The notes beneath the pieces are model-generated. The model did no database searches. It was given only the letters and a program-made list of their open reading frames with translations, and was not told the origin of the DNA. DNA of 64,000 nt from Eubacteriales bacterium (GTDB lineage: Bacteria > Bacillota > Clostridia > Oscillospirales > CAG-272): assembly GCA_045659245.1 (NCBI GenBank), contig JAZOWN010000001.1:81823-145822 (forward strand), written 5' to 3'. Within the stretch, counting starts at the first letter, position 1. Each line of letters begins with the position of its first letter. Below, one piece after another: positions 1 through 8,329 of the stretch. The position numbers were made by a program, and so were the translations under genes.

Positions 1-1537
1 GACGGCGGGTAAGCGCACGCGCGATAGACATACGCTGTTTCTGTCCTCCAGAAAGAGACGCTCCCTTTTCGGCAATATATGCGTCGTAGCCGTCGTTAAA
101 GCTCAGAACAAAGGGTTCAGCTTGCGCGATATGTGCCGCAGTCTGTATTTCCTTGTCAGTCGCGTCCTCCTTACCCCAGCGCAGGTTTTCCGCGATAGTT
201 CCCGAAAACAGCCCGCTCTTTTGCATAACGAATGCTATCTTTTGACGAAGCGCGTGCAGGTCGTACTCGGAGATAGGCTTTCCGTCAACCATTACCTCGC
301 CCTCAGTCGCATCGTAAAAGCGGGGAATAAGGTTTACGAGCGAGGTCTTTCCCGAGCCTGTCGCACCGATTATAGCAAAGGTCTCGCCCTTTTTGACCTC
401 GATATTTATGTCGTGAAGCACGGGACAACCGGTAGCGTCGGGGTATCTGAATCCAACTCCGCGCATGCTGACGGCAACCTCACTTGAAGCGTCGGTAATA
501 CTACCCGAGGTGATAATGGGCTCTGTGTCAAGAACTTCGTTTACGCGCTTGACAGATGCCATGGCGCGGGAGATAGACTGGAACATCATGGTTACCATCA
601 TAATGGACATAATTACCTGCGTAATGTAGGTGATAGCCGCCATTATCGTACCCGCGGTCATACCCGTACCGCCGACGTTCTGTATCTGCCAGCCGCCTAT
701 ATAAATAACGGCGATAATAGCCGCGTTCATTACTACGGTAAGCACGGGATTCATGATTGCCATTATGCGGCCTACCTTGATATTGGTGTCGCGAAGATCG
801 GAGTTTGCCGCCTCAAAGCGCTCTCCCTCGTACTCCTCTTTAACGTATGCTTTGATAACTCTTGCTCCCGTCACGTTTTCCTGAACGACGCAGTTAAGGC
901 GGTCAAGCTTTTTCTGTATCGCGCTGAACATGGGAACGGCGCGGCCGAGAACAAGGGCAAGCATTATCACCATTACGGGAAAGGCGCAGAGAAGCACCGT
1001 TCCGAAGCTAAGATCGAGCGTGAGAAGCATGATAAGACCGCCTACGAAGAACATAGGCGAGCGAACGAGCATACGCAAAAACATTTCGACAAATTCTATT
1101 ATCATGCTGATGTCGTTGGTCATACGCGTGACGAGCGAGCCTGTCGTAAACTTGTCCGTCTGCTCAATGGAGAGTGACATGACCTTCGCGTAAGCATCGC
1201 GCCTTATGTCGTCGCCCACGCCCTGTGAAGCCTTTGCGGCGGTGTAGGCGCACAGAACGCCGAAAAATCCGCCAATGAGAACAATAAGAAGCATCAGAAC
1301 TCCAAATGTTATAATGACCTGCATAGAGGTGTATTGCCCCTCGCCGTAGAGTATGCGCATGACGGTCTTGCCGAGGGCGGACGAGGAAACGTCGCCGTCA
1401 GCTCCGATACCGCAGTCAACGATGACCGTCATAAGACGGGGAAGACAAAGGTCAGCCGTGACCTCACCTATCATAAGAAGCGGCGAGATAATTGCTAAAA
1501 GAGAGTATTTTTTCAAATATTTAAAAATTCTTCGCAC
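1..1537 (-). CDS. ABC transporter ATP-binding/permease protein (MsbA/MdlB-type exporter), C-terminus cut by window edge
   Basis: Absent from the ORF track because it runs off the window. Minus-strand translation by eye gives an N-terminal TM domain (VRRIFKYLKKYSLLAIISPLL...). Walker A GATGSGKTS lies near 340-370 and the signature LSGGQKQR near 30-55. GTG start at 1537 is preceded by GGAGGA inside the end of marR. Confidence 0.85.
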   Translation of the reverse strand, partial: MRRIFKYLKKYSLLAIISPLLMIGEVTADLCLPRLMTVIVDCGIGADGDVSSSALGKTVMRILYGEGQYTSMQVIITFGVLMLLIVLIGGFFGVLCAYTAAKASQGVGDDIRRDAYAKVMSLSIEQTDKFTTGSLVTRMTNDISMIIEFVEMFLRMLVRSPMFFVGGLIMLLTLDLSFGTVLLCAFPVMVIMLALVLGRAVPMFSAIQKKLDRLNCVVQENVTGARVIKAYVKEEYEGERFEAANSDLRDTNIKVGRIMAIMNPVLTVVMNAAIIAVIYIGGWQIQNVGGTGMTAGTIMAAITYITQVIMSIMMVTMMFQSISRAMASVKRVNEVLDTEPIITSGSITDASSEVAVSMRGVGFRYPDATGCPVLHDINIEVKKGETFAIIGATGSGKTSLVNLIPRFYDATEGEVMVDGKPISEYDLHALRQKIAFVMQKSGLFSGTIAENLRWGKEDATDKEIQTAAHIAQAEPFVLSFNDGYDAYIAEKGASLSGGQKQRMSIARALTRR

Positions 1538-1540
1538 GGC

Positions 1541-2017
1541 TTAGTTTTCCTCCTTTCCGTCAAGCAGATTCGACCGAATTTTGCCAAGCAGGAGCATGAG
1601 TGTCTGCCATTCCTCGTCGCTCACGTCGCGAAGCGCTATCGCATCGGTCTCCTTAATGCGCTCGATAGTCTTTTTGTCGGTTATACGACCGAGCTCGGTA
1701 AGATATATGCGATTTATTCTCATATCCGTCTCGTCGCCCTTGAGAACGACGTAGCCCTCGTCGATCATTTTCTTTATTATAAGACTTACCGTTGGCGCGC
1801 GCAGGTGCGTGCGCTCGGCAAGAGTGCGCTGACTAAGACCGTCCTCAATCGCCAAAAGCGAGAGAACGAGGCGCGCACCCGGCTGAGACAGAACGCCGTC
1901 TATGTCACAGCTCTCTCTTATTCTCGAGCGGAAGATCCTTGCAATTTCGTTGCAAAGCTTTACGGGATTATCACTGAGCTCCGCTCTTTCGGGCGGCTTA
2001 CAAACGTTTCTTTTCAT
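1541..2017 (-). CDS. MarR family transcriptional regulator
   Basis: 158-aa ORF with a winged-helix segment LSQRTLAERTHLRAPTVSLIIKKMIDEGYV. Only a 3-nt gap separates it from the downstream ABC exporter. A perfect palindrome lies in its promoter. Confidence 0.85.
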   Translation of the reverse strand: MKRNVCKPPERAELSDNPVKLCNEIARIFRSRIRESCDIDGVLSQPGARLVLSLLAIEDGLSQRTLAERTHLRAPTVSLIIKKMIDEGYVVLKGDETDMRINRIYLTELGRITDKKTIERIKETDAIALRDVSDEEWQTLMLLLGKIRSNLLDGKEEN

Positions 2018-2036
2018 GCTTTTTTATCTCCAAAAA

Positions 2037-2088
2037 ATAATTAGTTAGAAAACTAACTAATTATATCACTTTATGTAAAAAATGTCAA
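2037..2088 (-). promoter_or_regulatory. Consensus sigma-A promoter of the marR-ABC operon with an overlapping 12-4-12 palindromic operator
   Basis: On the minus strand: TTGACA (2083-2088), 17-nt spacer, TATAAT (2060-2065). Palindrome ATAATTAGTTAG-AAAA-CTAACTAATTAT at 2037-2064 overlaps the -10. Confidence 0.7.
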
Positions 2089-2284
2089 TAAAAAGAGTGG
2101 AAAAATGAAAAAATTTACGGCTGACAAGATCAAAGGATATTTCGGTATACGAGTGGAAAAATATTTTCCCAAGCGGTGAAAAAATGGTTTAGGATAGCAA
2201 TATTGCATTGTATTCAAAAGAGCAGGACAACGCAACATAATAATGCGGTAAAAACCGCAAAATAAAAATATGAAAGGGAAAAAT

Positions 2285-3424
2285 ATGGCAAAAAAAGTAT
2301 TGAAATGCGCTGTTGCGTTGCTTCTTGCTTTTGCGGTGTTCGGCGGACTTTTATCAAGCGCAGCCGATGCTCGTGCCGACTCGATATACGTCGGGGGATT
2401 TTCAAATTCCTACCCGATCTTCGGCGGGGAAGCATCAGACGCGCTTCCTACGGCAAAGTCGGCAAATGATTACAGCGGACTTGAGCTTTACGTCGGCGGT
2501 ATGCCCTTTGGAGTTAAATTTATGACTGACGGCGTTGTGGTGACAGAGCTGTGCGATATAAAGACCGACGGCGCTAAAAAATGCCCTGCGCGCGAGGCGG
2601 GAATAGTTCCCGGTGACGTTATAGTTAAGATAAACGGCGAGACTATTACCGATGCTACAAGTCTTTCGGATATAGCAGAGAAGAGTGCGGGCAAGAGTAT
2701 GACCGTGACGTATTCGCGCGACGGAAAAATGAGAGATACGAAGCTTACCCTCGTAAAATCTACCGAGGACGGAAAATATAAGACGGGTATGTACGTCAAG
2801 GACAGCGGGGCGGGAATAGGAACGGTGACTTACGTTGTGCCCGAAACTATGTCGTTCGGCGGTCTTGGACACGGCATTTGCGACGCTTCTACGGGAAAGT
2901 TGATACCAATGCAGCGCGGCTCTGTCGTGGGCGTTACTATCAGTGGAGTTGTAAGAGGACTTTCGGGCTCGCCCGGTGAGGTAAGAGGTTATTTCAGCGC
3001 GCCCAAAACGGGAACGCTTCTTAAAAACACCGAGTGGGGAGTTTTCGGTGCATTTGCGACATTACCCGAGGGCTGTACGCAAAAAATGAGTGTCGGAGCT
3101 AAAAACGAGATTCAAAACGGAAAGGCGTATATTTTGTCAACGCTTGAGGGAACAAAACCTCAAAAATACGAAATAGAAATTTCGGATATCAAAACGGGCT
3201 CTACCTCAAGTAAGTGCTTTACCGTCAAGGTGACGGATAAAAATCTTATTGACAAGAGCGGCGGAATAGTGCAGGGAATGTCGGGCTCGCCCATCATCCA
3301 GAACGGCAAGCTCGTCGGAGCGGTCACGCACGTTTTAATCAATGATCCGACAACGGGATACGGAATCTTTATAGAAAATATGTTAAACGCGGCGGCGCAA
3401 ATGCCGATGGCGAGGGCGGCGTAA
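2285..3424 (+). CDS. spoIVB: Stage IV sporulation protein B (SpoIVB, S55 signalling serine peptidase)
   Basis: Signal sequence, PDZ-like region (GIVPGDVIVKINGE) and C-terminal GMSGSPIIQNGKLVGAVTHVL motif typical of SpoIVB. ATG at 2285 has an AAGGGA RBS; the ORF-track start at 2270 has none. Confidence 0.9.
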   Translation: MAKKVLKCAVALLLAFAVFGGLLSSAADARADSIYVGGFSNSYPIFGGEASDALPTAKSANDYSGLELYVGGMPFGVKFMTDGVVVTELCDIKTDGAKKCPAREAGIVPGDVIVKINGETITDATSLSDIAEKSAGKSMTVTYSRDGKMRDTKLTLVKSTEDGKYKTGMYVKDSGAGIGTVTYVVPETMSFGGLGHGICDASTGKLIPMQRGSVVGVTISGVVRGLSGSPGEVRGYFSAPKTGTLLKNTEWGVFGAFATLPEGCTQKMSVGAKNEIQNGKAYILSTLEGTKPQKYEIEISDIKTGSTSSKCFTVKVTDKNLIDKSGGIVQGMSGSPIIQNGKLVGAVTHVLINDPTTGYGIFIENMLNAAAQMPMARAA

Positions 3425-3426
3425 AG

Positions 3427-3472
3427 AAAAGGCAATATCATTCCGATCAAAATCGGTTTGATATTGCCTTTT
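3427..3472. terminator. Bidirectional rho-independent terminator (spoIVB / lipoprotein gene)
   Basis: AAAAGGCAATATCA ... TGATATTGCCTTTT stem with A and T flanks, between convergent genes. Confidence 0.75.
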
Positions 3473-3484
3473 ATCTAAAATTTA

Positions 3485-4783
3485 TTAATTGTTTCGAATA
3501 TATAATGCATAAAGCCCCAAGTCGTTTGAGGACATATTAAAGGTATAGGTCTTGTTTGGACACAATATTGAATCTATAGTTCTCCATGCATAAAACGTAT
3601 ATCCCTCAATATCCTGTGCTTCAACTGTAATACTTGTTCCTATAGAAATTTTTTGACTTTCATAAATAGGAGATATGTGCATTGAAGGTGATGAAAAGTC
3701 AGAATGAACACTTGTATTAGCTCCTACAGAATCTTTATAAGAATCCCAAGTATATTTTGCCGAAGTGCTCAAAACATAATAATTATATACCGCCTCAATC
3801 GTAACGCTAGATTTCTCCATTGTATGGGTATATTCAAGATCTGTTTCCACACAGTTACCATTTATAAACCAACCAACGAAATTATAACCGTCATTTACCG
3901 TTGCAGTTAGCGTTACGGTTTCACCTGCAGAAAGGTTTTCACTCGAATATTTTGTGTATGTTCCAGCATTAAATCCTGCTTCCGTGTTACCATCGGCATC
4001 TTTAGCATAACCTACGGTGGATAAATAATAGCAGCTGTATCTCGCCTCAAAGTTGATATTTTCCTTTACCATAGTGTAGGTGTAGGTTAGATCTCTTGAT
4101 ACGCATATACCGTCAACATACCAGCCTTCAAAATTGTATCCGTCGTTTACGCTCGCGGTAAGCGCTACGGCTTCGCCATTCGATATCTTTTTATCATTCA
4201 ATCTTGTGAATGAGCCTGCAGCTCCGCCTGTATTTGTTGAAGATGTGGTTGTAACAGTATAATAACTGAATATAGCCGCTATTGTAATATCCTTATTTTG
4301 TACGGTGTAAGTATAACTTGCATTATCACTTAATAACGTTAATTTGGTCTGCTCATAATATCCGGAGCCGGTCTTTTCGACGATATACCAACCCTCAAAA
4401 TTATATCCCTCGTTTACCGTCGCTGTAAGCTCTGCTTTGTCTCCGACACGGTATTGCTTGGACTTGAGCATGGTATAGCTTCCTGCAAGTCCGTAATTAT
4501 CGGTGTCGTTGGCTGTGGTTGTTATTGTGACAATAGTAGATATCTGTGACTCATTTTCGTCGTCTTGCGTATCATCGTAAAGTCCATTGTCATAGTTAGT
4601 GGTATCCTTGGGGGATTCGTAGTCAGTAGTATCCTTGGGAGTTTCGTGTTTAGTTGTTTCGTCATTAAGACCATCGTTGCTATCAGATAGTCCGTCAAAC
4701 AAAAAATCGCAAGAAGATAATGTGAGAATCAAAGTTGCAATAACAACAGCTAATAAAATTTTCACAACAAAAGTTTTTTTCAT
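3485..4783 (-). CDS. Surface lipoprotein with four InlB B-repeat (Listeria-Bacteroides repeat) domains
   Basis: Lipobox LTLSSC. D/T-rich linker with tandem ETPKDTTDY/ESPKDTTNY. Four repeats of about 80 aa carry NEGYNFEGWY / NDGYNFEGWY / NDGYNFVGWF / IEGYTFYAW cores. Visibly AT-rich DNA. Confidence 0.8.
   Translation of the reverse strand: MKKTFVVKILLAVVIATLILTLSSCDFLFDGLSDSNDGLNDETTKHETPKDTTDYESPKDTTNYDNGLYDDTQDDENESQISTIVTITTTANDTDNYGLAGSYTMLKSKQYRVGDKAELTATVNEGYNFEGWYIVEKTGSGYYEQTKLTLLSDNASYTYTVQNKDITIAAIFSYYTVTTTSSTNTGGAAGSFTRLNDKKISNGEAVALTASVNDGYNFEGWYVDGICVSRDLTYTYTMVKENINFEARYSCYYLSTVGYAKDADGNTEAGFNAGTYTKYSSENLSAGETVTLTATVNDGYNFVGWFINGNCVETDLEYTHTMEKSSVTIEAVYNYYVLSTSAKYTWDSYKDSVGANTSVHSDFSSPSMHISPIYESQKISIGTSITVEAQDIEGYTFYAWRTIDSILCPNKTYTFNMSSNDLGLYALYIRNN
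3491..4495 (-). repeat. Intragenic tandem repeats encoding the four B-repeat domains
   Basis: Repeated protein pattern (GxxV/AxLTAxVNxGYNFxGW...TYTxxxxxxxIxAxY) across residues about 97-430 of the lipoprotein. Confidence 0.7.
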
Positions 4784-4815
4784 TTTTTTCTCCTTTTTTA
4801 AGACAAAAGTCTATT

Positions 4816-4868
4816 TATAGCCTAATTGTATCATATATAGCCTATATTGTCAAGAGGTTCAGGCTATA
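4816..4868. promoter_or_regulatory. Three copies of TATAGCCTA (two direct, one inverted) in the divergent lipoprotein/XRE intergenic region; candidate operator sites
   Basis: TATAGCCTA at 4816-4824 and 4836-4844. The inverted copy AGGCTATA lies at 4861-8, just upstream of the XRE gene RBS. Confidence 0.45.
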
Positions 4869-4900
4869 ATTAGACTATAAATTTTAGAGGAGGATAATTA

Positions 4901-5143
4901 ATGGATACCTATACTGCGGTAAAAAACAGAATATTGCAATTACTTGGTGAGAAAAAAATGTCAATTCATAGGCTTGCTATGGAGTCGGCGGTACCGCCGT
5001 CCTCGATTAAAAACATACTATACGGAAAAAGTCATAATCCTGGCATAGTAACGTTGAAAATGCTTTGCGACGGCTTTGGGATTACCCTTATTGAATTTTT
5101 TGATACCGAAGATTTCCGTAATTTAGAGCAAGAAATAAGATAA
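4901..5143 (+). CDS. XRE-family helix-turn-helix transcriptional regulator
   Basis: 80-aa ORF with an HTH_3-like segment (KKMSIHRLAMESAVPPSSIKNILYGKSHNPGIVTLKMLCDGFGITLIEFF) and a GGAGGA RBS. Confidence 0.8.
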   Translation: MDTYTAVKNRILQLLGEKKMSIHRLAMESAVPPSSIKNILYGKSHNPGIVTLKMLCDGFGITLIEFFDTEDFRNLEQEIR

Positions 5144-5144
5144 T

Positions 5145-5184
5145 AAAAGGCAATATCAATCATTTTTGGATTGATATTGCCTTT
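5145..5184. terminator. Bidirectional terminator (XRE gene / sigK); stem sequence duplicated from 3427-3472
   Basis: GGCAATATCAATC / GATTGATATTGCC forms a 13-bp perfect stem flanked by AAAA and TTT. It shares AAAAGGCAATATCA and TTGATATTGCCTTT with the hairpin at 3427-3472. Confidence 0.75.
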
Positions 5185-5209
5185 CGATTTTGTAATGGGT
5201 TGGAAAATA

Positions 5210-5890
5210 TTATTTCAGCGCGTCGCGGAGCTTCTCGAGAGCGCTTTTTTCTATGCGGCTGACGTAGGAGCGCGAGATCTTCAGCTTCTCCGCGATCTCG
5301 CGTTGAGTCATTGGCTCTTTGCCCGAAAGTCCGTAGCGGAGCGTAATTATGTGCTTTTCGCGCGGAGTAAGTACCGTGTTAACAAGCTTCTTTGCCTTGC
5401 TGGCAGAGAGCTTGCGTTCAATGTCCGAGGTCATGCTGTCGTCGCAGCTTATTACGTCAATATACGTAAGCGGATTTCCGTCGCGGTCAACGTCAATTGT
5501 GTCGTTAAGAGAAATTTCCGATGCCGTCTTTTTCTGCGAGCGAAAATGCATGAGTATCTCGTTTTGTATGCAGCGCGCGGCGTAGGTTGCGAACTTAGCA
5601 CCACCCGAGACCTTAAAGGAGTCAACCGCCTTTATAAGACCTATGGTGCCGATAGAAATAAGGTCCTCCTGATTTTTGCTTGATGCGTAATATTTGCGGA
5701 CGATATGAGATACGAGCCGTAGGTTGTGTAGAATAAGCTTTTTTCTTGCTTCCTTATCTCCTGCCTCTGCCCGCAAAAAGCATTTGCGCTCCTCGTCGGG
5801 AGGAAGCGGGGGTGGAAAATTCTGCGGTGTATTTATACCAAGAATGAGGTGGATAAAGTTCGTGAACAGCGAAATGATTCCTGCGAGCAT
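5210..5890 (-). CDS. sigK: Sporulation sigma factor, pro-sigma-K type
   Basis: Short hydrophobic pro-sequence followed by NFPPPLPPDEE. HNLRLVSHIVRKY, DLISIGTIGLIKAVDSF, ATYAARCIQNEILMH and ISRSYVSRIEKSAL match SigK better than SigE (SigE has ERNLRLVVYIA). GGAGGG RBS. Confidence 0.75.
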   Translation of the reverse strand: MLAGIISLFTNFIHLILGINTPQNFPPPLPPDEERKCFLRAEAGDKEARKKLILHNLRLVSHIVRKYYASSKNQEDLISIGTIGLIKAVDSFKVSGGAKFATYAARCIQNEILMHFRSQKKTASEISLNDTIDVDRDGNPLTYIDVISCDDSMTSDIERKLSASKAKKLVNTVLTPREKHIITLRYGLSGKEPMTQREIAEKLKISRSYVSRIEKSALEKLRDALK

Positions 5891-5973
5891 AAAAGCGCCC
5901 TCCTATAAAACTTTTTCTTTTTTAATAATATGCGTTGCTGCGCCCAAATATTTTTCGAGAGTACTAAGCCGTA

Positions 5974-6002
5974 TTGACAAAAGTCGAATTTAGTGGTAAA
6001 AT
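5974..6002 (+). promoter_or_regulatory. Sigma-A promoter for the phosphofructokinase gene
   Basis: TTGACA (5974-5979), 17 nt, TAAAAT (5997-6002). Confidence 0.6.
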
Positions 6003-6040
6003 ATACGTGTTATGAAAAACAATTGATCTGGAGGCTTTTT

Positions 6041-7279
6041 ATGTTAAAGGGAAATGCTATCGTAGGACAGTCCGGAGGCCCTACTGCCGCAATAAATGCA
6101 ACGCTCGCGGGTGTTATCAGAGGCGCTCTCGCGGCGGAATGTATAGAGACTGTATACGGAATGAGAAACGGTATTGAGGGACTTCTCGAGGAGAGAGTTG
6201 TTGACCTCGGAAAGCTTTTTGGCAGTGAGGACGAGCTGAAGATACTCGAGCAGACACCTGCGGCGGCGCTTGGCTCATGCAGAAAGAAGCTTCCGAAGCC
6301 CGATTCCGAGGACGAGGCAGTCAAGGAGCTTTACCGCCGTCTATTTAAAATCCTTGAGGGACTTAATATCCGCTACTTTTTCTACATAGGCGGTAACGAC
6401 TCTATGGACACCGTCGCAAAGCTCAGCGCATACGCAGAGAAGGCGGGTGTTGAGATGAGAATAGTCGGAGTTCCCAAGACAATAGACAATGACTTGGCAC
6501 TTACCGACCACACCCCAGGCTTTGGCTCGGCGGCAAAGTATATTGCTACCACCATGTCCGAGATAATTCGTGATTGCAGCGTTTACAAGGTAAAGGCAGT
6601 TACTATCGTTGAAATTATGGGACGTGACGCAGGTTGGCTTACTGCTTCGAGCGCAATAGGCAGAGTAGTGAACGGTTACGCGCCCGATTACGTATATCTT
6701 CCCGAGAAGAACTTTGATATGGAGAGCTTTTACTGCGATATTGAAAAGGCGTTCGAGAAGCACCCCAACGTCGTTGTTGCTGTTTCCGAGGGCTTGCGCT
6801 TTGCGGACGGTCGCTACGTAGGCGAGGGAACGCAGAGCGGAGTTACCGATGCGTTCGGTCACAAATATCTTGCAGGAACGGGTAAGGCGCTTGAAATGAG
6901 TGTCAGAGAGAAATTCGGCTGTAAGGCGCGCTCGGTTGAGTTGAACCTGCCTCAGCGCTGCGGCGGACATCTTATTTCGCTTACGGATATTGAGGAGTCC
7001 GTAAGAATAGGACGAAGCGCAGTTGAGGCGGCTGTCAAGGGTGTCAGCGGAGCCGTTATGGTATTCCGCCGTGCCGCGGGAAAGGAGTACGTTTGTGAAA
7101 TAGACTCCGCAAGCGTTCGCGGGATTGCGAACGTAACGAGATACGTTCCCGATGAGTTTATAACCGAGGGCAACAATAACGTTACGGATTCGTGCTGTGA
7201 ATATCTGCTTCCTCTTATTCGCGGTGAGTATCCTGTAAAGTACTGCGACGGTATGCCTGTACACGCAATAATTGAGTAA
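6041..7279 (+). CDS. pfp: 6-phosphofructokinase, probably pyrophosphate-dependent (diphosphate--fructose-6-phosphate 1-phosphotransferase)
   Basis: N-terminal GQSGGPTAAINATLAG. GGNDS and PKTIDNDL motifs carry Asp and Lys at the two positions that are Gly in ATP-dependent PFKs. Start at ATG 6041 follows a GGAGG RBS (ORF-track start is 5993). Confidence 0.8.
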   Translation: MLKGNAIVGQSGGPTAAINATLAGVIRGALAAECIETVYGMRNGIEGLLEERVVDLGKLFGSEDELKILEQTPAAALGSCRKKLPKPDSEDEAVKELYRRLFKILEGLNIRYFFYIGGNDSMDTVAKLSAYAEKAGVEMRIVGVPKTIDNDLALTDHTPGFGSAAKYIATTMSEIIRDCSVYKVKAVTIVEIMGRDAGWLTASSAIGRVVNGYAPDYVYLPEKNFDMESFYCDIEKAFEKHPNVVVAVSEGLRFADGRYVGEGTQSGVTDAFGHKYLAGTGKALEMSVREKFGCKARSVELNLPQRCGGHLISLTDIEESVRIGRSAVEAAVKGVSGAVMVFRRAAGKEYVCEIDSASVRGIANVTRYVPDEFITEGNNNVTDSCCEYLLPLIRGEYPVKYCDGMPVHAIIE

Positions 7280-7285
7280 GAAAAT

Positions 7286-7320
7286 AAAAATGCAGAGAAC
7301 CTTGAGTTCTCTGCATTTTT
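7286..7320. terminator. Bidirectional terminator (pfk / lipid kinase)
   Basis: AAAAATGCAGAGAAC-cttga-GTTCTCTGCATTTTT. Confidence 0.8.
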
Positions 7321-7322
7321 AT

Positions 7323-8189
7323 TTAAACGTTAGCGTGGATCTTTGTGCTTGCCTTGTATTCGCTTACACCGAGAACTGTTTCTCCGTCAACCTGCAAGGG
7401 ACGCGGCTCGTCAAATCTGACGGTTATCTCGTGACCTGAATGAACCGTTACTGCTTTCTTGTGATTTACGTGCTTGCCCTTAAATATAGAGGGGAAGATA
7501 GCAAGCGTGCGGATCTTGCCTGTGCCGTGGAAGATCATAACGGAAAGCTTGCCCTGGGGATCGTTACGCGACTGGTCGGGTGTGGGGATCATTCCGCCGC
7601 CGTAGTAGCGGCCTTTCATAGTGGGGGCGATCCATACCTTTTCGTAGCGATAGGTTTCTCCGTCAACAATAACGGTAGCTCCCGTAGGCTTATAGTGGAA
7701 CAAAAGCCCCTTTATAGCTATCGCGGTATAATCCACGGGCTTATCCGAGGAAGCTTTGAGCGCATCGCCGACCTCGCAGCAGTATCCGTCAATGCCGTAG
7801 CCTATGCCCTTTATGAATTTATAGTCAACACCGTTTATTTTGGCAGTGGGAAGCCCTTTAAAATATTCCTTTATACTGATAGGGCAATCTGCCACGATCT
7901 TGCCAAGATCTGAAAGAAAATCGTTGCCCGTTCCTGCAGGATAGTAAAGAACGTCGCATTTTATCGAATCAGTATCAACCATATTTATAAACTTGTTGAT
8001 AGTTCCGTCACCGCCGCAAATAACGATTTTTTCGTCATCTCCTTTTTCTAAAACGAAAGCGGAGAGGTCTTCAATAGTGGTAACGTCTATACATTCAATC
8101 GCGCCGTCATACAGAGCAGATATCTTTTTTATATCCTCGTTGATCGTGCCTTTACCTGCCTTGGGGTTATACAAAATGTAAGTTGTCAT
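7323..8189 (-). CDS. Diacylglycerol/lipid kinase family protein (YegS/DagK-like)
   Basis: 288 aa with ICGGDGTINKFIN and YYPAGTGNDF motifs of the DAGK catalytic domain. Confidence 0.8.
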   Translation of the reverse strand: MTTYILYNPKAGKGTINEDIKKISALYDGAIECIDVTTIEDLSAFVLEKGDDEKIVICGGDGTINKFINMVDTDSIKCDVLYYPAGTGNDFLSDLGKIVADCPISIKEYFKGLPTAKINGVDYKFIKGIGYGIDGYCCEVGDALKASSDKPVDYTAIAIKGLLFHYKPTGATVIVDGETYRYEKVWIAPTMKGRYYGGGMIPTPDQSRNDPQGKLSVMIFHGTGKIRTLAIFPSIFKGKHVNHKKAVTVHSGHEITVRFDEPRPLQVDGETVLGVSEYKASTKIHANV

Positions 8190-8284
8190 AGCTCTATCCT
8201 TCTTTAATATAAAATTTAGGGTACACTATTAAGAGTATGGTAACACCGTTTTCTAAACTGAAAATAAACTTTGTCAAAAAAACT

Positions 8285-8321
8285 AAAAAAGTGTTGGCGC
8301 ACCCTGATTCAGGAGCGCCAA
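8285..8321 (-). terminator. Rho-independent terminator downstream of hppA
   Basis: On the minus strand: TTGGCGC-N14-GCGCCAA followed by a U-run. Confidence 0.65.
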
Positions 8322-8329
8322 CCGAAAAT

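Noticed and set aside
5171-5683. 170-aa plus-strand ORF opposite sigK.
   Set aside because: It is antisense to a well-conserved sigma factor gene. It starts inside the terminator hairpin and has no RBS.
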